NCBI GenBank assembly: GCA_049602435.1
Contig: JBMYRO010000004.1
Span: 10,720-74,719 of the forward strand
Length of the DNA stretch: 64,000 nucleotides
Direction: 5' to 3'
From: Hyphomicrobiales bacterium
GTDB lineage: Bacteria; Pseudomonadota; Alphaproteobacteria; Rhizobiales; TMED25
Positions 60,683 to 64,000 of this stretch are shown here, in pieces (position 1 is the first letter of the stretch; each line of letters opens with the position of its first letter). The translations under genes and the position numbers were made by a program. The notes beneath the pieces were generated by a model. It ran no database searches. It saw only the letters and a program-made list of their open reading frames with translations, and was not told the origin of the DNA.

Positions 60683-61522
60683 TTATTTTATCTTATTATC
60701 CTGGCTGGGTAATAATTGATCCATGTTTTGTGCTGGATAGTCCTTATCGTTATTTGCAATAACTTTTGCTGGCACACCAGCAACTGTTGTACCATCAGGA
60801 ACATCATGCAAAACCACACTTCCTGCTGCAATTCTTGCAGAAGAACCAATGTTTATATTTCCAAGAATTTTTGCGCCGGCGCCAATTAAAACACCACTTT
60901 TGACTTTTGGATGTCTGTCACCACACTTCTTTCCTGTTCCACCAAGGGTTACATCATGCAATATTGATACATTATCATCAATCTCAGCTGTTTCACCAAT
61001 CACTATACCGGTGGCATGATCCATAAATATACCCCTTCCAAATTTAGCTGCAGGATGAATATCAACTGAAAATATACGTGAACTAACACTTTGTAAATAA
61101 TATGCTAAATCCTTTCTACCATCATTCCATAACCAATGTGCGAGCCTATGAACTTGTAATGCTTGAAAACCCTTGAAATACAAAACAGGTTCTATGTATC
61201 GATGACAGGCAGGGTCACGATCAAATACTGCAGCTATATCGGATCTAATTATTTGTTTTATGTCTTTATGACTATTATAAAAATCATCAAATAGTTCTTC
61301 AAGTAACCTATCTTCAAGATGAGCTGTTTCAAGCAATTTAGATAAATGCAAAGATAAAACCTTCTCCAAGCTCTTGTTTCCCAGAATAAGTGAATACATA
61401 TAACGAGTGATTGCTAAATCAGCATCTGAAGCATCTCGCGCTTCTTCTTTTATATTATCCCATATGGGATCAATGCCAGGTAACTTATTTAAGCTAGTTT
61501 TAGTGTTATTATTTTGGACCAT
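60683..61522 (-). CDS. cysE: Serine O-acetyltransferase
   Basis: DRDPAC, YFKGF.A, DIHPAA, DHATGIVIGETA, TLGGTGK, RHPK, GVPAK motifs. Confidence 0.97.
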   Translation of the reverse strand: MVQNNNTKTSLNKLPGIDPIWDNIKEEARDASDADLAITRYMYSLILGNKSLEKVLSLHLSKLLETAHLEDRLLEELFDDFYNSHKDIKQIIRSDIAAVFDRDPACHRYIEPVLYFKGFQALQVHRLAHWLWNDGRKDLAYYLQSVSSRIFSVDIHPAAKFGRGIFMDHATGIVIGETAEIDDNVSILHDVTLGGTGKKCGDRHPKVKSGVLIGAGAKILGNINIGSSARIAAGSVVLHDVPDGTTVAGVPAKVIANNDKDYPAQNMDQLLPSQDNKIK

Positions 61523-61681
61523 AGTTCTACCATTTATTGTAGCTGAATTTAAATAATTATAGAAAATTTCAAATTTTTTATTTAATAATATATTTAAATA
61601 GATATTTAATCAAATTTGTTCAAATAAAAAATATATTATTTGTTACAAGGTACACTAATTATCTCAAAGGGAGATTAAAAA

Positions 61682-61918
61682 ATGGCTGAAAACCCAACAC
61701 CACATTTTCAAAATACAGATGGTCACTCCGAAATTGAAATACCAGTTAAAAAATTTAAATGTATAGGTGCATATCCGCCACATGATCACCCACATATTTT
61801 TTTAGATATGGGCAAAAATAAAGACATCGTATGCCCATATTGTTCAACAAAATTTAAACTAAATGAAACTTTGAGTGCACACGAAACCATACCTACAAAT
61901 TGTGTGGTTGAGCAGTAA
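61682..61918 (+). CDS. Zinc-finger (zf-CHCC, NDUFS6-like) protein
   Basis: PHF.N, F.C.GA.PP.DHPH.FLDMG...CPYCST. Confidence 0.88.
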   Translation: MAENPTPHFQNTDGHSEIEIPVKKFKCIGAYPPHDHPHIFLDMGKNKDIVCPYCSTKFKLNETLSAHETIPTNCVVEQ

Positions 61919-61931
61919 CTTATCTGATTAC

Positions 61932-63056
61932 ATGTATCATATTATAGGCTCAGGGATTGCTGGTTTAACGTGTAGCCATATACTCTCAAAATCAAATATT
62001 AGTCATAGTATCCTCGAAAAGGAGACTAGTTCACCAGAGGATCATTATGGCATTCAAATAACACCTAATGCATCCAATATATTAGCAAAGATAGGACTTC
62101 TCGATAGTATCCTACCAGACATGCATGTTATAAATAATATTGAAATTATATCCCTCAAAAACCTAAAAATATTAACCAGACTTCCGGTTAATGAATTTGT
62201 ATTGAATAATAACCTATCAAAATATTATACAATAAGTAGAAAAATACTATACGAGCACCTCTTGAATGCTGTTAATGAAAATGGAACTAACATTGAAAAT
62301 AATAGAAATATTAGTGGTATAATAGACCATGGAGGCCATTTTGAGATAAACTATGATGATAATAATACCAAAGAATCAAGAGGAATAATTATTGCTAGTG
62401 GATCCTCAAAAAAACCATTATTCAAAAACATAGACACTAGACAAACTTCAAGTAACTTTCTCACACTCAGAACAGTAGCTGAAAAAAAAGAATTTCCATT
62501 CCCAGTAAAGCATGATTCTATCTATGTTTTTTTGTCAAAAGATATGCATCTAGTAGCTTATCCATTTTTTGAAGATAAAATAAATATTGTAGTTATAACA
62601 AAGAAAAATAATCTTAATTTAAACAACATTTCTATAAATAATTTTAATTACGCAGAGAATACCTTCCATGATTTTCTAAATTCAACTAATTGGACTATTT
62701 GGAACTTGCATGACTATAAAACAAAACTTTTTTTAGATAAGAACAGACCAATTTTTGTTATTGGAGATGCTGCACACACAATAAAGCCCCATTTAGCGCA
62801 AGGAGCTTCTATGGCAATTGAGGACGCATATTCACTTGCCATATCAATTTCTAATAATAGTGCCCCAAAAAACATCCACGATTTCATGGAAAAAAGGAAT
62901 GCTAGGATTAAAAAGGTTATAAGAAGATCATCTACAAATAGATTAATCTTTCATGCAGAACAACCTGTTTCCTATTTTAGGGACATCTATTTGAGGAATA
63001 CAAAACCCATTTCACATTTGAATAGTCTAAAATGGCTGTATAAGTATGAAATCTGA
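61932..63056 (+). CDS. FAD-dependent monooxygenase (salicylate hydroxylase/UbiH-like)
   Basis: IIGSGIAGL, GIQ.TPNA, GDAAH..P.LAQGA.MAIEDA motifs; start at ATG 61932. Confidence 0.85.
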   Translation: MYHIIGSGIAGLTCSHILSKSNISHSILEKETSSPEDHYGIQITPNASNILAKIGLLDSILPDMHVINNIEIISLKNLKILTRLPVNEFVLNNNLSKYYTISRKILYEHLLNAVNENGTNIENNRNISGIIDHGGHFEINYDDNNTKESRGIIIASGSSKKPLFKNIDTRQTSSNFLTLRTVAEKKEFPFPVKHDSIYVFLSKDMHLVAYPFFEDKINIVVITKKNNLNLNNISINNFNYAENTFHDFLNSTNWTIWNLHDYKTKLFLDKNRPIFVIGDAAHTIKPHLAQGASMAIEDAYSLAISISNNSAPKNIHDFMEKRNARIKKVIRRSSTNRLIFHAEQPVSYFRDIYLRNTKPISHLNSLKWLYKYEI

Positions 63057-63057
63057 T

Positions 63058-63144
63058 TGGTGCGGACGGCCGGACTCGAACCGGCACGGAGTAACCTCCG
63101 AGAGATTTTAAGTCTCTTGTGTCTACCTATTCCACCACGTCCGC
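63058..63144 (-). tRNA. tRNA-Leu (anticodon TAA)
   Basis: GCGGACG acceptor stem, AGAGA-CTTAAAA-TCTCT anticodon arm, long variable arm, GGTTCGAGTCC T-loop, encoded 3' CCA; 87 nt. Confidence 0.97.
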
Positions 63145-63166
63145 TCATAATTAATCGTCATCACCA

Positions 63167-63673
63167 TTACACCCCCTCAGGATTTATTGGTGGGACAAAT
63201 TGCAATTCAGTATCCCATGGAAAATAGATCCATGTATCCTGACTAACTTCAGTAATGTATGTATCTACATTATCAAGCCCTTCAGGCTTTGCATAAACTG
63301 TAGCAACATGCGCATCTGTTATCATTTTTTTGACAACTGCCATAGTTGCACCCGTATCGACCAAGTCATCTATACACAAAACAGAACCAGATTGAATATT
63401 TTCATCTTTCAGCAAGTTTTCACTGATTTTTTTTAAAACTTTGATCTCACCCCTCAAATTTTCAGTTGAGTATGAGCTAAGACATACTGTTTCAATTACT
63501 CTTATATTTAACTCCCTAGCAACAATAGCAGCAGGCACTAACCCCCCTCTTGTTACGGCGATAATAGCTGACCAGTTTCCTTTATCTGCGAGCCTCCAAG
63601 CAAGTGCCTTTGAGTCTCTATGAAACTGATCCCATGATACAGGGAATAATTTTGAACTAGTGTCAGAATTCAT
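63167..63673 (-). CDS. gpt: Xanthine phosphoribosyltransferase
   Basis: [48 protein letters not shown] motifs. Confidence 0.95.
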   Translation of the reverse strand: MNSDTSSKLFPVSWDQFHRDSKALAWRLADKGNWSAIIAVTRGGLVPAAIVARELNIRVIETVCLSSYSTENLRGEIKVLKKISENLLKDENIQSGSVLCIDDLVDTGATMAVVKKMITDAHVATVYAKPEGLDNVDTYITEVSQDTWIYFPWDTELQFVPPINPEGV

Positions 63674-63674
63674 T

Positions 63675-64000
63675 CTAAATTATTTCTCCAATTTCAGCAT
63701 TCCCAATGTTTGACAATTTGTCTTTGATTATAGTTGCTACTGATTTAATATCATCTATATTTTTACCCCTACACACAACATTCGCTCCATATCCACTCTC
63801 GTTATAGTATGGATAGGAACCAATAATCACAGAAGTTGTTTCCTTTTGAATTTCTCTCAAAATTTCTGCAAGATCACCCTCCTTTATATTTGTATGTATA
63901 TTACAGCTTAAAAGCTTTTGACCTGTCTCCATTCTTGTGATCACTACATCCAACATTGCCTGCATAACAGAAGGAACACCAGCCATGACAAAAACATTAC
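63675..64000 (-). CDS. CinA-like/molybdopterin-binding protein (C-terminal part; runs off the window)
   Basis: [22 protein letters not shown] motifs; frame open to the window end; upstream of gpt. Confidence 0.8.
   Translation of the reverse strand, partial: NVFVMAGVPSVMQAMLDVVITRMETGQKLLSCNIHTNIKEGDLAEILREIQKETTSVIIGSYPYYNESGYGANVVCRGKNIDDIKSVATIIKDKLSNIGNAEIGEII

Noticed and set aside
63058-63144. tRNA-Leu as an island integration site
   Set aside because: I saw no duplicate of its 3' end and no integrase; the flanking genes look like core synteny

Overview
A 64-kb, AT-rich (roughly one-third GC by eye), very densely coded segment of a streamlined alphaproteobacterium. Gene orders such as der-bamB-yfgM, guaB-rsmB-guaA, thrS-yidD-iscU-like/folE-hisI, DUF3126-cysE and gpt-cinA look Hyphomicrobiales-like, and photolyase, SOUL and MsrPQ suggest a sunlit marine habitat (inference). 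Core blocks (1-4110, 29926-36918, 55771-64000 including tRNA-Leu-TAA) flank two accessory regions. (i) 4177-29925 lies downstream of guaA. It carries two degenerate copies of the guaA 3' end (candidate att scars at 29395-29415 and 23456-23479), a higher-GC CoA-hydrolase/GMC cassette, an aapJQMP transporter, stress genes, a candidate iota carbonic anhydrase and two short ORFs missed by the ORF track. (ii) 37039-55652 is an ~18.6-kb cluster of catabolic-type enzymes with no recognisable transporter or regulator. I saw no integrase, transposase, CRISPR array or rRNA. All family assignments are from motif recognition by eye, not database searches.
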